Assembly (NCBI GenBank): GCA_038087875.1
Contig: CM075991.1
Location: forward strand, 10,170,001 to 10,234,000
Source: Malacoraja senta
Taxonomy: Eukaryota
DNA length: 64,000 nucleotides
Reading direction: 5' to 3'
This document shows positions 49,775-62,328 of this stretch, in pieces. The notes under the pieces are model-generated. The model was not told the DNA's origin. It did no database searches and saw nothing but the letters and a program-made list of their open reading frames with translations. The first letter of the stretch is position 1; every line of letters starts with the position of its first letter. The position numbers and the translations under genes are program-made.

Positions 49775-50656
49775 TTAGTTTAGCTTAGTTTAGAGATACA
49801 GCGGGGGAAACAGGCCCTTCGGCCCACCGAGTCCACGCCGACCAGCGATCCCCGCACACTAATGGGCCCGTCACACTTGCCGATGTTTTAGACAACTGCC
49901 GGCGACTGTCATAGTCGTAGCAGGTCGCCGAAAAAACGGCGACAACCTAGGTCATCCTGGCGACAACCTACGACAGCACCAACGTCAGGAGAAGTCAAGC
50001 TACGCTCATTGGCGTCAAACCCACTGTCGCAGAAATTTAGACAATTTTGAACATGTTGAAAATTTAGCGCCGACCGGAAAGACGCTACGACTTTTTGCGT
50101 GACTGAGGAGACGACTCCCGGGGACCACTGGCCAACATGTGGCGGCAAACTAGTCGCCTGTAGTTGCCTGAAAAATCTCCTAAGTGGGACAGGCCCATTA
50201 CACTATCCAACACACACTAGGGACTCATTAGTCAAAGGGTGGTGAATCTGTGGAGTTCTTCAAACATGGCTGTGGAGGCCAAGTCAGTGGATATTTTTAA
50301 GGCAGAAATAGATAGATTCTTGATTAGTACAGATTACAGAGGTTATGGGGAGGAGGCAGGAGAATGGGGTTAGGAGGGAGAGATAGATCAGCCATGATTG
50401 AATGGCGGAGTAGACTAGATGGGCCGAATGGCCTAATTCTACTATTCCTTATGACAATTTACAATTTTTTTTACCAAGCCAATTAACCAACAAACCTGTA
50501 TGGCTTTGGAGTGTGGGCGGAAACCGGAGCACCCGGGGAACACCTAGGCAGGTCACGGGGAGAACGTGCAAACTCCGTACAGACAGCACCCGTAGTCAGG
50601 ATTGAACCCAGGCCTCTGGAGCTGGAAGGCAGCAACTCTACCGCTGCGCCACCGTG
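49775..50656 (-). mobile_element. SINE interrupted by a MITE (49863-50197) and a CR1 tail (about 50228-50455)
   Basis: The SINE pieces resume collinearly after each insert. Confidence 0.75.
49863..50197. mobile_element. PIF/Harbinger-type MITE
   Basis: TIR TGGGCCCGTCACACTT / AAGTGGGACAGGCCCA. Flanks TAA and TTA, at a TAA site of the host SINE. Confidence 0.75.
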
Positions 50657-51147
50657 CGAGGGTTGGATAGTTCACCAGGGAACAAACATGAAGATAAAGG
50701 GTCAATGGCCCTCTTCTGTGTTATTATAAGAGATCTTCAGAGACGTTGCAATGATACTGGTCTCACCAAAGTTCCTACGAAATCCCAGCTGGACGACTTT
50801 ATATACTTGCAATAAAGGCCAATTAACACCTTCACCATAATAAAAACATATCCCAGTTGTGCAGTTAAATCCCTGTTCCCAATTGCAGAGGTGGTGGTGT
50901 TGGAGTGATGAGTTGGAAACATTAGCATTGTTAATGATAATGTGTAACAAAAGGAGAGAAGGTGCCATTATGTTCAAACTGGTGAGCTACACAGACATGT
51001 TTATGATTCTATTGCAGTGTCGGAGCTGGGCTGACTCTACATTAGTAGTTTAGTTCAGATACACAGCATGGAAACAGGCCCTTCGGCCCACCGAGTCCGT
51101 GCCGACCAGCGATCCCTGCACATTTACACCATCCTACACACCCTGGG

Positions 51148-51533
51148 ACAATAGACAATAGACAATAGACAATAGGTGCAGGAGTAGGCCATTTGGCCCT
51201 TCGAGCCAGCACCGCCATTCAATGTGATCATGGCTGATCATCCCCAATCAGTATCCCGTTCTTGCCTTCTCCCCATATCACCTGACTCCGTTATCTTTAA
51301 GAGCCCTATCTTGCTCTCTCTTGAAAGTATCCAGAGAACCGGCCTCCACTGCCCTCTGAGGCAGAGAATTCCACAGACTCACCACTCTCTGTGAGTAAAA
51401 GTGTTTCCTCGTCTCCGTTCTAAATGGATTACTCCTTATTCTTAAACTGTGGCCCCTGGTTCTGGACCCCCCCAACATCGGGAACATGTTTCCTGCCTCT
51501 AGCGTGTCCAAGCCCTTAACAATCTTATATGTT
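51148..51533 (-). mobile_element. CR1 LINE 3' end nested in a SINE (51045-51730)
   Basis: ORF 51278..51511; (TATTGTC)n tail. Confidence 0.9.
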
Positions 51534-52267
51534 TAATCTATAACGATACCAAGCCAATTAGCCTACAAACCTGCACGTCTTTGGAGCGTGGGAGGAAACC
51601 GGAGAACCCGGAGAAAACCCACACAGGTCACGGGGAGAACGTGCAAATTCCGTACCCGTGGTCAGGATTGAAACCCGGGTCTCCGGCGCTGTGAGGCAGC
51701 AAGTCTACCGCTGCGCCTCCGTGCCACACCGCCCCTATTGCACTAGATCTTCCGTAGCTTGGCCGGTGGTTGTATTGGTAAACCCAAGCTGGAAGGCCAA
51801 GCTTCTAGTGGCCTGGATGTCAGCCACTGTCCCTGCACCATTTCATAGACTGCCCAATGGGGAAACACTGGGGCAGTACAACCTACCACCCCCGGGCAAT
51901 CCTTGTCCCAATCCAGCAGTGGGACTGTGACATGGGAGAAGGATGTGTGGTGATCCCCTATTCTGCACCAGCTTGCAATCAGAGACATTTTGGAGACAGG
52001 ACGTGATGAAGTGTGCTAATCGGTGGCTGCCCCAACCCATTGATATCATTTTTTTAAATTTTTTTTTTGGTATCATTCATAACTTCACAAGTTACAGAAG
52101 GAGACTTAGGCTCTAGAGTTGCTGCCTTACAGCTCCAGAGACCCGGGTTCGATCCCAACTACGGGTGCTGCCTGTACGGAGTTTGCACGTTCTCCCTGTG
52201 ACCACGTGGCTTTTCTCCGGGTGCTCCGGTTTTCACCCCCCATCCCAAAGACGTGCAGGCTTGTAGG

Positions 52268-52595
52268 CGAGTCCAGAACCAGGGGCCACACAGTCTTAGA
52301 ATAAAGGGGAGGCCATTTAAGACTGAGGTGAGAAAAAACGTTTTCACCCAGAGAGTTGTGAATTTATGGAATTCCCTGCCACAGAGGGCAGTGGAGGCCA
52401 AGTCACTGGATGGATTTAAGAGAGAGTTAGATAGAGCTCTAGGGGCTAGTGGAGTCAAGGGATATGGGGAGAAGGCAGGCATGGGTTATTGATAGGGGAC
52501 GATCAGCCGTGATCACAATGAATGGCGGTGCTGGCTCAAAGAGGCGAATGGCCTCCTCCTGCACCTATTTTTTCTATATTTCTATGTTTCTATGT
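52268..52595 (+). mobile_element. CR1 LINE 3' end nested in a SINE (52113-52701)
   Basis: HSLRIKGRPFKTEVRKNVFTQRVVNLWNSLPQRAVEAKSLDGFKRELD. Confidence 0.9.
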
Positions 52596-53310
52596 TAAGA
52601 GGCTTCTGTAAATTGCCCCCAGTGTGTGGGATAGAACAGGTGATCACTGGTCGGCGCAGACTCAGTGGGCCGAAGGGCCTGTTTCCACTCTGTATCTCTA
52701 AATTGTTTACAGTGTAAAATGTTTACGTATTCTGTCGTGCGGCTGCAGGTAAGAATGTCATTGTTCTACCTGGGACATGGGACACTAAAACCCTCTTGAC
52801 TCTTGAACTAAACAAACGGGTCCCGTGAAGAAAATTGCTGCTACAGTACCACCACGCACCAACCACTGTGCACAGATCGTTTTAAACTGAGCAAGAGGTT
52901 GCTTTGCTACAGCTATGCAGCAGTACGCATCAGCTGTAATTAAGATCGGGAAAGCTAATCTAATGCACTACGATGAATCAAAGATGACCCACCATTCTCA
53001 CACGACCAGAGCTGATGCCAATATTCAGCATGAGAATTACCTAAATGGATTCAATTTTTTTTTCCCCTCACCAATTATTAGTAATGAGACTTAGCATGAT
53101 GAATGTAATGAATATCTACACCATTTTATGGGAGTGCTTAAAATTTCTCAGAGATGAACGTGCCATTCCACATAATTTATACATACCTAAGTTCTTGAAA
53201 TATTTAGGAGACATTTTTTGCATTATTTAGACGTATTTAGCCATTGAAGCTACCTGGAATCTTGGCCAAAAATAGTATCTGCCACGGTGGACAGTCTGAA
53301 GAAGGGTCTC

Positions 53311-53559
53311 AATAGACAATAGATGCAGGAGTAGGCCATTCGGCCCTTCGAGCCAGCATCGCCAATCAATGTTATCATGGCTGATCATCCCCAATCAGTA
53401 CCCCGTTCCTGCCTTCTCCCCATATCCCCTGACTCCGCTGTCTTTAAGAGCCCTATCTAGCTGTCTCTTGAAAGCATCCAGAGAACCTGCCTCCACCGCC
53501 CTCTGAGGCAGAGAATTCCACAGACTCACAACTCTCCGTGAGAAAAAGTGTTTCCTCGT
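53311..53559 (-). mobile_element. CR1 3' end inserted into hammerhead helix II of a Penelope module (53292-53640)
   Basis: CTGAAGAAGGGTCTC | CR1 | GTCTCGACTCGAAACGTC. GTCTC is duplicated at 53306-53310 and 53560-53564. Confidence 0.85.
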
Positions 53560-54512
53560 GTCTCGACTCGAAACGTCACCTATTCCTTCTCTCCAGAGAT
53601 GCTGCCTGAGACGCTAAGTTACTCCAGCTTTTTGTGCCTTTCGGGGATCGGATGGGTTCAGTGGGATATGGGCCAATAGTGTAGATGGGGCATGTTGGTC
53701 GGCATGGGCAAGTTGGGCCGAAGGGCCTGTTTACACGCTGTGTAACTCCGTGGCTACGGTGTCCACTTGTGGGTCCTGAGTCACACTGTCAAAACTGGAA
53801 CCCTCCTTAGGGGAACCACAACTTGTCAAGGCCATTCTAGTGGGGACACAAGAAACTGAAAGTGCTGGAATCTTGAGCAAACACAAAAGTGCTGGAGGAA
53901 CTCAGTGATTCAGACAGTATCTGTGGAGGGAATGGATAGGCGACATATTGGGTTGGGAACCCCCCGCATCTCACCATTTCCTCCAATGCGCCAAGCTTAT
54001 CTTCTGACCCTTGACCGCCCCCCCCCCCCCGCTCCTCCACATACGTTCTCCAACTCCCTCTGCACCAACCTCTCACCCCCGGACCTCCGCCCCAGTGCAG
54101 CAACCGCCCAAACCTTTTTGATCAGAGAAAACTTGCAGAAAATCTATCGAGTCTCACATCGACGCATTAGCTTGTCAGCCGAGTACAATGTGGATCTGCT
54201 GTGTCAGCAGAAACAGTGGCAGCAGGGCACAGTGTAATAGGTCTACTGCTCACGTGACCAAAGTGCAGCGTGGTTATAATGAGTGCAGCAACAGTATCTC
54301 GGCTGCATGTTTTACTGAGATTAACTGTAAATTGTCTTTTAAAATCGCATAAAGATTGCAATTGCCAGTCGCAAGGTTCACAGGTCGGTGTTATTGGGCT
54401 CCACTGCACAATGTCTCGCTGGGTTAATTTCAGCTCTTTATTGATCTATTTCAAGTTCTTGCAGCTGCCAGCATTTACTATGGTAGCTATGACCTTGGCA
54501 GCCTTCTCTTAA

Positions 54513-54922
54513 ATTATGAGCGGGTTAGACCGAGTGGACGTGGATAAGCTTTTCCCATTGAGAGTAGGGAAGATTCAAACAAGGGGACATGACTTGAGAA
54601 TTAAGGGACAGAAGTTTAGGGGGAACATTAGGGGGAACTTCTTTACTCAGAGAGTGGTAGCTGTGTGGAATGAGCTTCCAGTGGAAGTGGTGGAGGCAGG
54701 TTCGATGTTATCCTTTAAAAATAGATTGGATGGGTATATGGACAGGAAAGGAATGGAGGGTTATGGTCTGAGTGCAGGTAGATGGGACTAGGCGGAAGTA
54801 TTTATTTTTAATTAAAAAAAAAAAATTTTAAAAAAATTTAAAAAAATGTTCGGCACGGACTTGAAGGGCCGAGATGGCCTGTTTCCGTGCTGTTATGGTT
54901 ATATGGTTATATGGTTATATGG
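54513..54922 (+). mobile_element. CR1 LINE 3' end, (ATATGGTT)n-tail subfamily
   Basis: ORF 54516..54791 MSGLDRVDVDKLFPL...TRGHDLRIKGQKFRGNIRGNFFTQRVVAVWNELP. Confidence 0.9.
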
Positions 54923-56632
54923 ACATGGGCACCAGGCATGCATCTTACATCTGGGTACAACAACCTGCTCAATGAATTGATGCTGAAATGATGGGAGGAG
55001 AGTGGTGTGGGTGTTGGAGATGAGTTTAGTTTAGTTTGGAGGTACAGCATGGAAACAGGCCCTTTGGTCCACCGAGTTCAGGCCGACCAGCGATCACCCC
55101 GACACGAGTTGCATTTGTCACACCGGCAGCAATTTTACAGATGGCAACTAACCTGCAAGCCGGCAGGTCTTTGGGGATGTGGGAGGAAAGTGGAGCACCC
55201 GGAGAAAACCCATGCAGAGACTGGGAGAACATGCAGACTCAACATGGACAGTACCCGTGGTCAGGATCGAACCTGCGGGTCCCTGGCACCGTGAGGCAGC
55301 AACTCTACCGCTGTGCCGGAGGAGTTTCAGAGCTACCTGGACACGATGGAGGCAAAGCCTGGAGAAGCCACGCTTTCTCTAACCAATGTATCTCTCTTGC
55401 AGAAAGAGCCTAAGACAGGGGTAGGCCATAGAGTGGTACAGCACATAAACAGGCCCTTCAGCCCAGCAAGTCTTTGCTGTCCAGCAACCACCCATATACA
55501 CCCAGGCTACAGTGGCGCAGCGGTAGAGTTGCTGCCTTACAGTGTTCCTTGCACCTCCCAATGGATCATGTTGGATTTTGGTACACACTGCCCATATTCT
55601 CGTTAGACACACTGGCTAAATGTGAGGCGAGCCTGGTCTTTTGCTTCCCCCCACACCTATTGATAGCTTTGCCCATCTCATCATTTCTTTATTGAACTTG
55701 GCGCAATTTTGCTGACCAAGCCGTCATCCATTTTCCAACGAGTGGACTCGGCCAAAATAGAAAGTGCATCTCCCTGCTCTGCTGCGAGTGGGAGATTCAA
55801 AGCCAATTCAGTCAATGTTCTAGTCGATGGGCGAGTGCAAGGAAAGCAGTCACTTAGTGCTCGGTAATGTGGCTCAGAGCGATAAATACCATTATACCTC
55901 GCCAGAGTGGCCAACAACATATATTATCACTGCCAAGTGAAGTGGAGCAATAGTAAACTCGTTCCAGAGAGTACGTTGAAGAGTGAGGAGGATTGGAACC
56001 TCTCCTAGAAATTACTCAAGGATTTGGCCACGGTCAAAGTCCTGATTTAGCCAGAAATATACAGGAATTCAAAACAAAAATCCAACCCAACCTCATGTTT
56101 GTAGAATAATAGAAACTCACGTGCACATAGTATCGTAGAGCGTTTACTGCACGGTTCATAAGTTCATACGATACAGGAGCAGAATTCGGCCATTTGGCCC
56201 AGAGTCTACTGCGCCATTCAGTCATAGCTGATCTATCTCTCCCTCTCAACCCCATTCTCCTGCCTTCTCCCCATAACCCAGGGTAGAAGGCTGTGGAGGC
56301 CAAGTCAATGGAGATTGATTGCGGGGGTTATGGGGAGAAGGCAGGATTTAATGAGACGGTGGCCGGCTGGCGAATCACCACCTTCTGGGTGAGCTACACA
56401 CACTAACAATTGGGCCTGCAAACGCCAGGCTGACCATTTAACTTCCAAAGTCATGCTTCTGAAGGATTCGGAAAACACTCCGAGAATTGGATATGGACGG
56501 AGGGGAGCAATGGGAGAATAACCTTGCAACTGGAATGAGCGAAAGGATTAAATTCCCAGTTAGAATAAATGATGGGACTCTGCAGGGACAAGTTGAATCT
56601 CAGAGTGGCGTTGGATCTGGAAATATTTCAAT

Positions 56633-57162
56633 ATAGACAATAGACAATAGGTGCAGGAGTAGGCCACTTTGCCCTTCGAGCCAGCACCGCCATTCAATGT
56701 GATCAGGGCTCATCATCCCCAATCAGTATCCCGTTCCTGCCTTCTCCCCATATCCCCTGACTCCGCTAACTTTAAGAGGCCTATCTAGCTCTCTCTTGAA
56801 AGTATCCAGAGAACCAGCCTCCACCGCCCTTTGAGGCAGAGAATTCCACAGACTCACAACTCTCTGTGAGAAAAAGTGTTTCCTCGTCTCCGTTCTAAAT
56901 GGCTTACTCCTTATTCTTAAACATCAGGAACATGTTTCCTGCCTCTAGCGTGTCCAAACCCTTAACAATCTTATATGTTTCAATAAGATATCCTCTCATC
57001 CTTCTAAACTCCAGAGTGTACAAGCCCAGCCGCTCCATTCCCTCAGCATATGACAGTCCCGCCATCCCGGGAATTAACCTTGTAAACCTACGCTGGGCTC
57101 CCTCAATAGCAAGAATGTCCTTCCTCAAATTAGGGGACCAAAACTACACACAATACTCCAGT
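56633..57162 (-). mobile_element. CR1 LINE 3' end
   Basis: RKDILAIEGAQRRFTRLIPGMAGLSYAEGMERLGLYTLEFRRMRG. Confidence 0.9.
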
Positions 57163-57729
57163 GTTCATAAATCTGGGCCAAGGGAACACTTATCGGACAG
57201 ATTCAGAGTTCATTAGGCAGCCACTTTAACCACTTTAATGCTGTAATGGCGACATTTAGGTCGTAGCAAAATGGAAATATAATACACTGTGCGTGAAATT
57301 GTTCAGTGCCAAAGGTCAAGAATCATTTGTCATTTACAGTGATCAACTTTCACTAATGTGTTGATTCCTCCTAAGTCAGTAAGACTAGACACTAATGGTA
57401 AACATGGCACTTTCACTGCTCGACGCAGGGTGCGATGAGAGGACACGGGACACGGGATAGTTCCAGGAACCAATTCACCTCGCGCTGTAGATTCATTTAC
57501 TCATGACTTATTTACTATTTCCAACAGTTTGCTTGCGTAGGGTATTCCGGGGTGGTACTGAAATATCCTTGATGCCAAGGGAATATTTAGTAATGGGAGA
57601 TATTCAACGCCAGCACCTTCACTCTACTGCTTGCCTCGTGCGGAAGGGAGATGCCCTAGATCGTTGGCTCCTCGAGTTTTGGCTGCACTTCACCCCCGAC
57701 TCTCCTGACCTTTGGTCACCTGAACTTAG

Positions 57730-57956
57730 TTCACACCAAGGGTGGTGGTGGGTGTATGGAACGAGCTGCCAGAGGAGGTAGTTGAGGCAGGGACTATCCC
57801 AACGTTTAAGAAACAGTTAGACAGTTACATGGATAGGACAGGCTTGGAGGGATATGGGCCAAACGCGGGCAGGTGGGACCAGTGTAGCTGGGACATGTTG
57901 GCCGGTGTGGGCAAGTTGGGCTGAAGGGCCTGTTTCCATACTGTATCACTCTATGA
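57730..57956 (+). mobile_element. CR1 (HER1-like) 3' end sharing its terminus with the SINEs
   Basis: VVGVWNELPEEVVEAGTIPTFKKQLDSYMD; ends GGGCTGAAGGGCCTGTTTCCATACTGTATCACTCTATGA. Confidence 0.85.
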
Positions 57957-58353
57957 TCCAGTACGGAGGGGGTGGGGGGGGGGGATAGGCAGTTGGGAGG
58001 GGATCTATCTCCCTGTCGGTTTGCTCCTGGGCCTGGCCAAGATGGCCGTTCACGAATCCAGGTAGAGGGCCGTCGAGGGATTGAGCCCAAGTGGACTGCC
58101 GCGTGAGTGAGTGAGATGGAACAAAGTTGAACCCGGCGTGGGGGGGCCGCCGTGAGGGAGGGGGAGGGGGGGAGAACAGAGGGGGACCTGGCACGAATAC
58201 TTGGTAACATCGTCAGTGCCCTTTATGTGGCCACTATTTGCATACCTTGGGTATCCAAGCAATGAATAAAGTATTCATTCATTCAGATACAAGCTGTGCG
58301 GGTCCGCATGTGACCAGGCTTGGACACATGGCTGAGCAGGAATACAAACAGTT

Positions 58354-58770
58354 TGTTTAAGAAAGAACTGCAGATGCTGGAGAAATCAAAGGTAGACAAA
58401 AACACTGGAGAAACTCAGCGGGCGAGGCAGCATCTATGGAGCGAAGGAATAGGTGACGTTTTGGGTCGAGACCCTTCTTCAGACTGATGTGGGGGTGGGG
58501 GGGGGGCGGGAAGAAGAATGGAAGAGGCGGAGACAGTAGGCTGTGGGAGAGCTGGGAAGGGGAGGGGAAGGATGGAGAAAGCAGGGACTACCTGAAATTG
58601 GAGAAGTCAATGTTCATACCGCTGGGGTGTAAACTGCCCAAGCGAAATATGAGGCGCTGCTCCTTCAATTTGTGGTGGGACTCACTCTGGCCATGGAGGA
58701 GGCCCAGGACAGAAAGGTCAGATTGGGAATGGGAGGGGGAGTTGAAGCGCTGAGCAACCGGGAGATCAGG
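58354..58770 (-). mobile_element. Penelope-like element 3' end: GIY-YIG C-terminus, 3'UTR and pseudo-LTR
   Basis: 58764-58588 translates LPVAQRFNSPSHSQSDLSVLGLLHGQSESHHKLKEQRLIFRLGSLHPSGMNIDFSNFR*. It is contiguous with the hammerhead-bearing repeat (core at about 58455-58482, GAAA changed to AAAA). Confidence 0.85.
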
Positions 58771-59136
58771 CTGGCACTTGGCACATTGTGAGAGTGGGCA
58801 CTGTTGCCGTTGACTGAGATGTCCGAGTTGTTAACGGGATCATTAGATGCAGGGGTGGAAGTAGATGGCTGCTGCATTGGTGGGAAGCCAACATTGCTGG
58901 CTAATCCCAGTGCTGAGTGTTCGGTGTTCCTTGCAAGTTACGTTTCTGAGTGGCCTGAGCGATGCGGTGGCGAGGAAAGGGATTACTATCTGTTGGTTAC
59001 ATCTCACTCTGTGGGCTCTGAAGTTGTCGAAACAGCATGAAGCCATTTCTGTAGCTGCTCACACAGATCTCCCAGTGACAACAGTGTTTCCCTTTAGATA
59101 GTGAATGGTGCAACAAACTAACGCCACGTGCTGTGT

Positions 59137-59330
59137 AGGAAGGAACTGCTTTAAACCGAAGATAGACACAAAAGGCTGGAGTAACTCAACGGGGTCAGGC
59201 AGCATCTCTGGAGCAAAAGAATAGGTGACCTTTCGGGTCTGGAGAAGGGTCTCGACCCAAAACGTCGCCTATTCCTTCTCTCCAGAGATGCTGCCTGACC
59301 TGCTGAGTTACTCCAGCATTTTGTGTCGAA
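59137..59330. mobile_element. Fold-back Penelope pseudo-LTR module
   Basis: Inverted arms. Flanking repeat TGCTGTGT at 59129-59136 and 59331-59338. Confidence 0.7.
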
Positions 59331-60427
59331 TGCTGTGTGCTAATCCTTCTGCAATGGTCATGAAACTTTGAAAGAGAGCAGGAAACTACAGGCCAGTTAG
59401 TTCAACACCTGACATGGAGAAAATGTCAGAAGCTATTGTTAAAAGACTATAACATCAAGGGATATGGGGGGGAAATGCAGGAATGGGTACTGACTTTTGA
59501 TAATGAGCCATGATCATATTGAATGGCGGTGCTGGCTCGAAGGGCCGAATGGCCCACTCCTGCACCTATTTTTCTATGTTTCTATCTAACAATGTCCAAG
59601 GTAATCACGAAACAGCAACAGGTATGCACAAGGAACTGCAGATGCTGGTTTTCAAAAAGTTCATGTCGTAAGAGTAGAATGAGGCCATTCGGCCCTCTGA
59701 GTCTACTCCTCCATCCATTCATTCATTCATGGTCGGTAAATTTGAGTTACCTCTCCCTCTCAACCCCATTCTCCTGCCTTCTCCTCATAACCACGCGCTT
59801 CTCTGCCGTTTCTGCCACGATCGCTGCTTTTGGGGATCTTTACCGACCTCCAAACCCCTCCTCCATGGTCCGTTCTAACGTGGGTCTATGGTGTAGGAAG
59901 GAACTGCAGATGCTGGTTTACACCACAGATAGACACAAAATGCTGCAGTAACTCAGCGGGTCAGGCAGCATCTCTGGAGAGAAGGAATAGGTGACGTTTC
60001 GGGGCGAGACCTTTCTTCAGACTGAGAGTCAGGGGAGAGGGAACTCAAATTTCACTGTACCTTAATTGGTTCTGTGACAATGGACTTGAACTTGAGGCAA
60101 ACTAGAGGTAAGTTGACGGTGACCTTCAATTTATCTCTCTTGCCGTGGGACTTGTTCCTGAACCTCAAATCGAGTGCCTTTGTGAAGGGTGTAGTACGCT
60201 GGCCTACTGCTTCACATGCTTGATCAATGGTGTTTTATCATTAATGTTTTATTATTATTAATGTTTAGTGTTTTCTGAGTCATTCGTATGTCGTGTTGTT
60301 ACTTGTGGGCGGAGCACCAAGGCAAATTCCTTGTATGTGAATACTTGGCCAATAAACTTACTTACTTGCCTACCTCAGAACGTAAGCTTGTGAGCTTTCA
60401 CATTGAGCTATGGGAGAAGAAAGCTTT

Positions 60428-60718
60428 TTAGTTTTCGTTTAGTTGAGAGATACGGAGCGGAAACAGGCCCGTCGGCCCACCGAGTCCGTACCGACCAGCG
60501 ATCCCCGCACATTAACACTCTCCTCCACACACACTAGAGACAATTTAAATTTACACCAAGCCAATTAACCTACAAACCTGCACGTCTTTGGAGTGTGGGA
60601 AGAAACCGGAGATACGTCTTTGGAGTGTGGGAAGAAACCGGAGATCTCGGAGAAAACCCACGCAGGTCACGGGGAGAACGTACAAACTCCGTACAGACAA
60701 GCGCCCATTCTCAGGATC
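60428..60718 (-). mobile_element. tRNA-derived SINE, head missing, with an internal 32-bp tandem duplication
   Basis: ACGTCTTTGGAGTGTGGGAAGAAACCGGAGAT at 60582-60613 and 60614-60645. Confidence 0.8.
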
Positions 60719-61117
60719 TCAGCAAATCTCCGATGAAGGCAACTAGCTCGGTGCTTTAACCCCTCCTCAGAGTAGGGGAGGACAGGCCTCCTGCCAGCTC
60801 ACATTGTGAACCAATGTCCCCTTCAATATTTTATGAAATGGATTAATCACACTTAATGAAAAAATTCAATGTGCGCACTGCACTCGTCCGTCATCTGTAA
60901 CAGACCAACTTCAAAGTCTGCATTAGCCAGATTCCTGGGCAGTTTCAAGGAAGGAAAGTGCAGAGTGGGTTATATAAGATACAGTAATGCTTCCGACTCT
61001 GTCTTCAACTTTTCTGAATACTTTCGTATTCACTATTTTGGAACCTGCTTTGTTCATTCCATTACGTTGAAGAGAGGAGATGAATAAGAATGAATGTTAT
61101 TTCAAACAAGCCACTTA

Positions 61118-61441
61118 ATTCCCAATCTGACCTTTCTGTCCTGGGCCTCCTCCATTGTCAGAGGGAGGCCCAGCGCAAATTGGAGGAACAGCATCTCATA
61201 TTTCGCTTGGGCAGTTTACACCCCAGCGGTGTGAACATTGACTTCACTAACTTCAAATAGCCCTTGCTTTCTCTCTCCATCCCCTCCCCTTCTCCCACTA
61301 GTCTTAATCTCCCCGCCTACATTCTATCTTTGTCCCGCCCCCTCCCCTGACATCAGTCTGAAGTCTCGACCCGAAACATCGCCCATTCCTTCTCTCCAGA
61401 GATGCTGCCTCACCCGCTGAGTTACTCCAGCATTTTGTGTG
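61118..61441 (+). mobile_element. Penelope-like element 3' end: GIY-YIG C-terminus plus pseudo-LTR
   Basis: 61120-61260 translates SQSDLSVLGLLHCQREAQRKLEEQHLIFRLGSLHPSGVNIDFTNFK*. A pyrimidine-rich UTR and a partly deleted hammerhead follow. Confidence 0.85.
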
Positions 61442-61686
61442 TGCACTTAATTCTTAAGTTGGGTCGGCAGATGTGGACCGCAAGTTAATTCTTTAGTCAG
61501 AGGGTGGTGAATCTGTGGAATACATTGCACAGACGGCTGTGGAGGCCAAGTCAATGGATATTTTGTAATGCGGAGTTTGATAGATTCTTGATTAGTACGG
61601 GTGTCAGAGATTAAGCGGAGAAGGCAGGAGGATGGGGTAGAGAGGGAAAGATAGATCAAACATGATTGAATGGTGGAGTAGTTTTA

Positions 61687-62328
61687 GAAACATAGAAAAT
61701 AGGTGCAGGAGTAGGCCATTCGGCCCTTCGAGCCTGCACCGCCATTCAATATGATCATGGCTGATCATCCAACTCAGTATCCTGTACCTGCCTTCTCTCC
61801 ATACCCCCTGATCCCTTTAGCCACAAGGGCCACATCTAACTCCCTCTTAAATATAGCCAATGAACTGGCCTCAACTACCTTCTGTGGCAGAGAATTCCAC
61901 AGATTCACCACTCTCTGTGTGAAAAATGCTTTTCTCATCTCGGTCCTAAAAGACTTCCCCTTATCCTTAAAACTGTGACCCCTTGATCTGGACTTCCCCC
62001 AACATCGGGAACAATCTTCCTGCATCTAGCCTGTCCAACCCCTTAAGAATCTTATAAGTTTCTATAAGATCCCCCCTCAATCTTCTAAATACTAGCGAGT
62101 ACAAGCCGAGTCTATCCAGACTTTCTTCATATGAAAGTCCTGACATCCCAGGAATCAGTCTGGTGAACCTTCTCTGTACTCCCTCTATGGCAAGAATGTC
62201 TTTCCTCAGATTTGGTGACCAAAACTGTACGCAATACTCCAGGTGTGGTCTCACCAAGACCCTGTACAACTGCAGTAGAACCTCCCTGCTCTTATACTCA
62301 AATCCTTTTGCTATGAATGCTAACATAC
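61687..62328 (-). mobile_element. CR1 LINE 3' region
   Basis: ORF 61967..62326 MLAFIAKGFEYKSREVLLQLYRVLVRPHLEYCVQFWSPNLRKDILAIEGVQRRF..., frameshifted into ORF 61774..62025. Confidence 0.93.
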
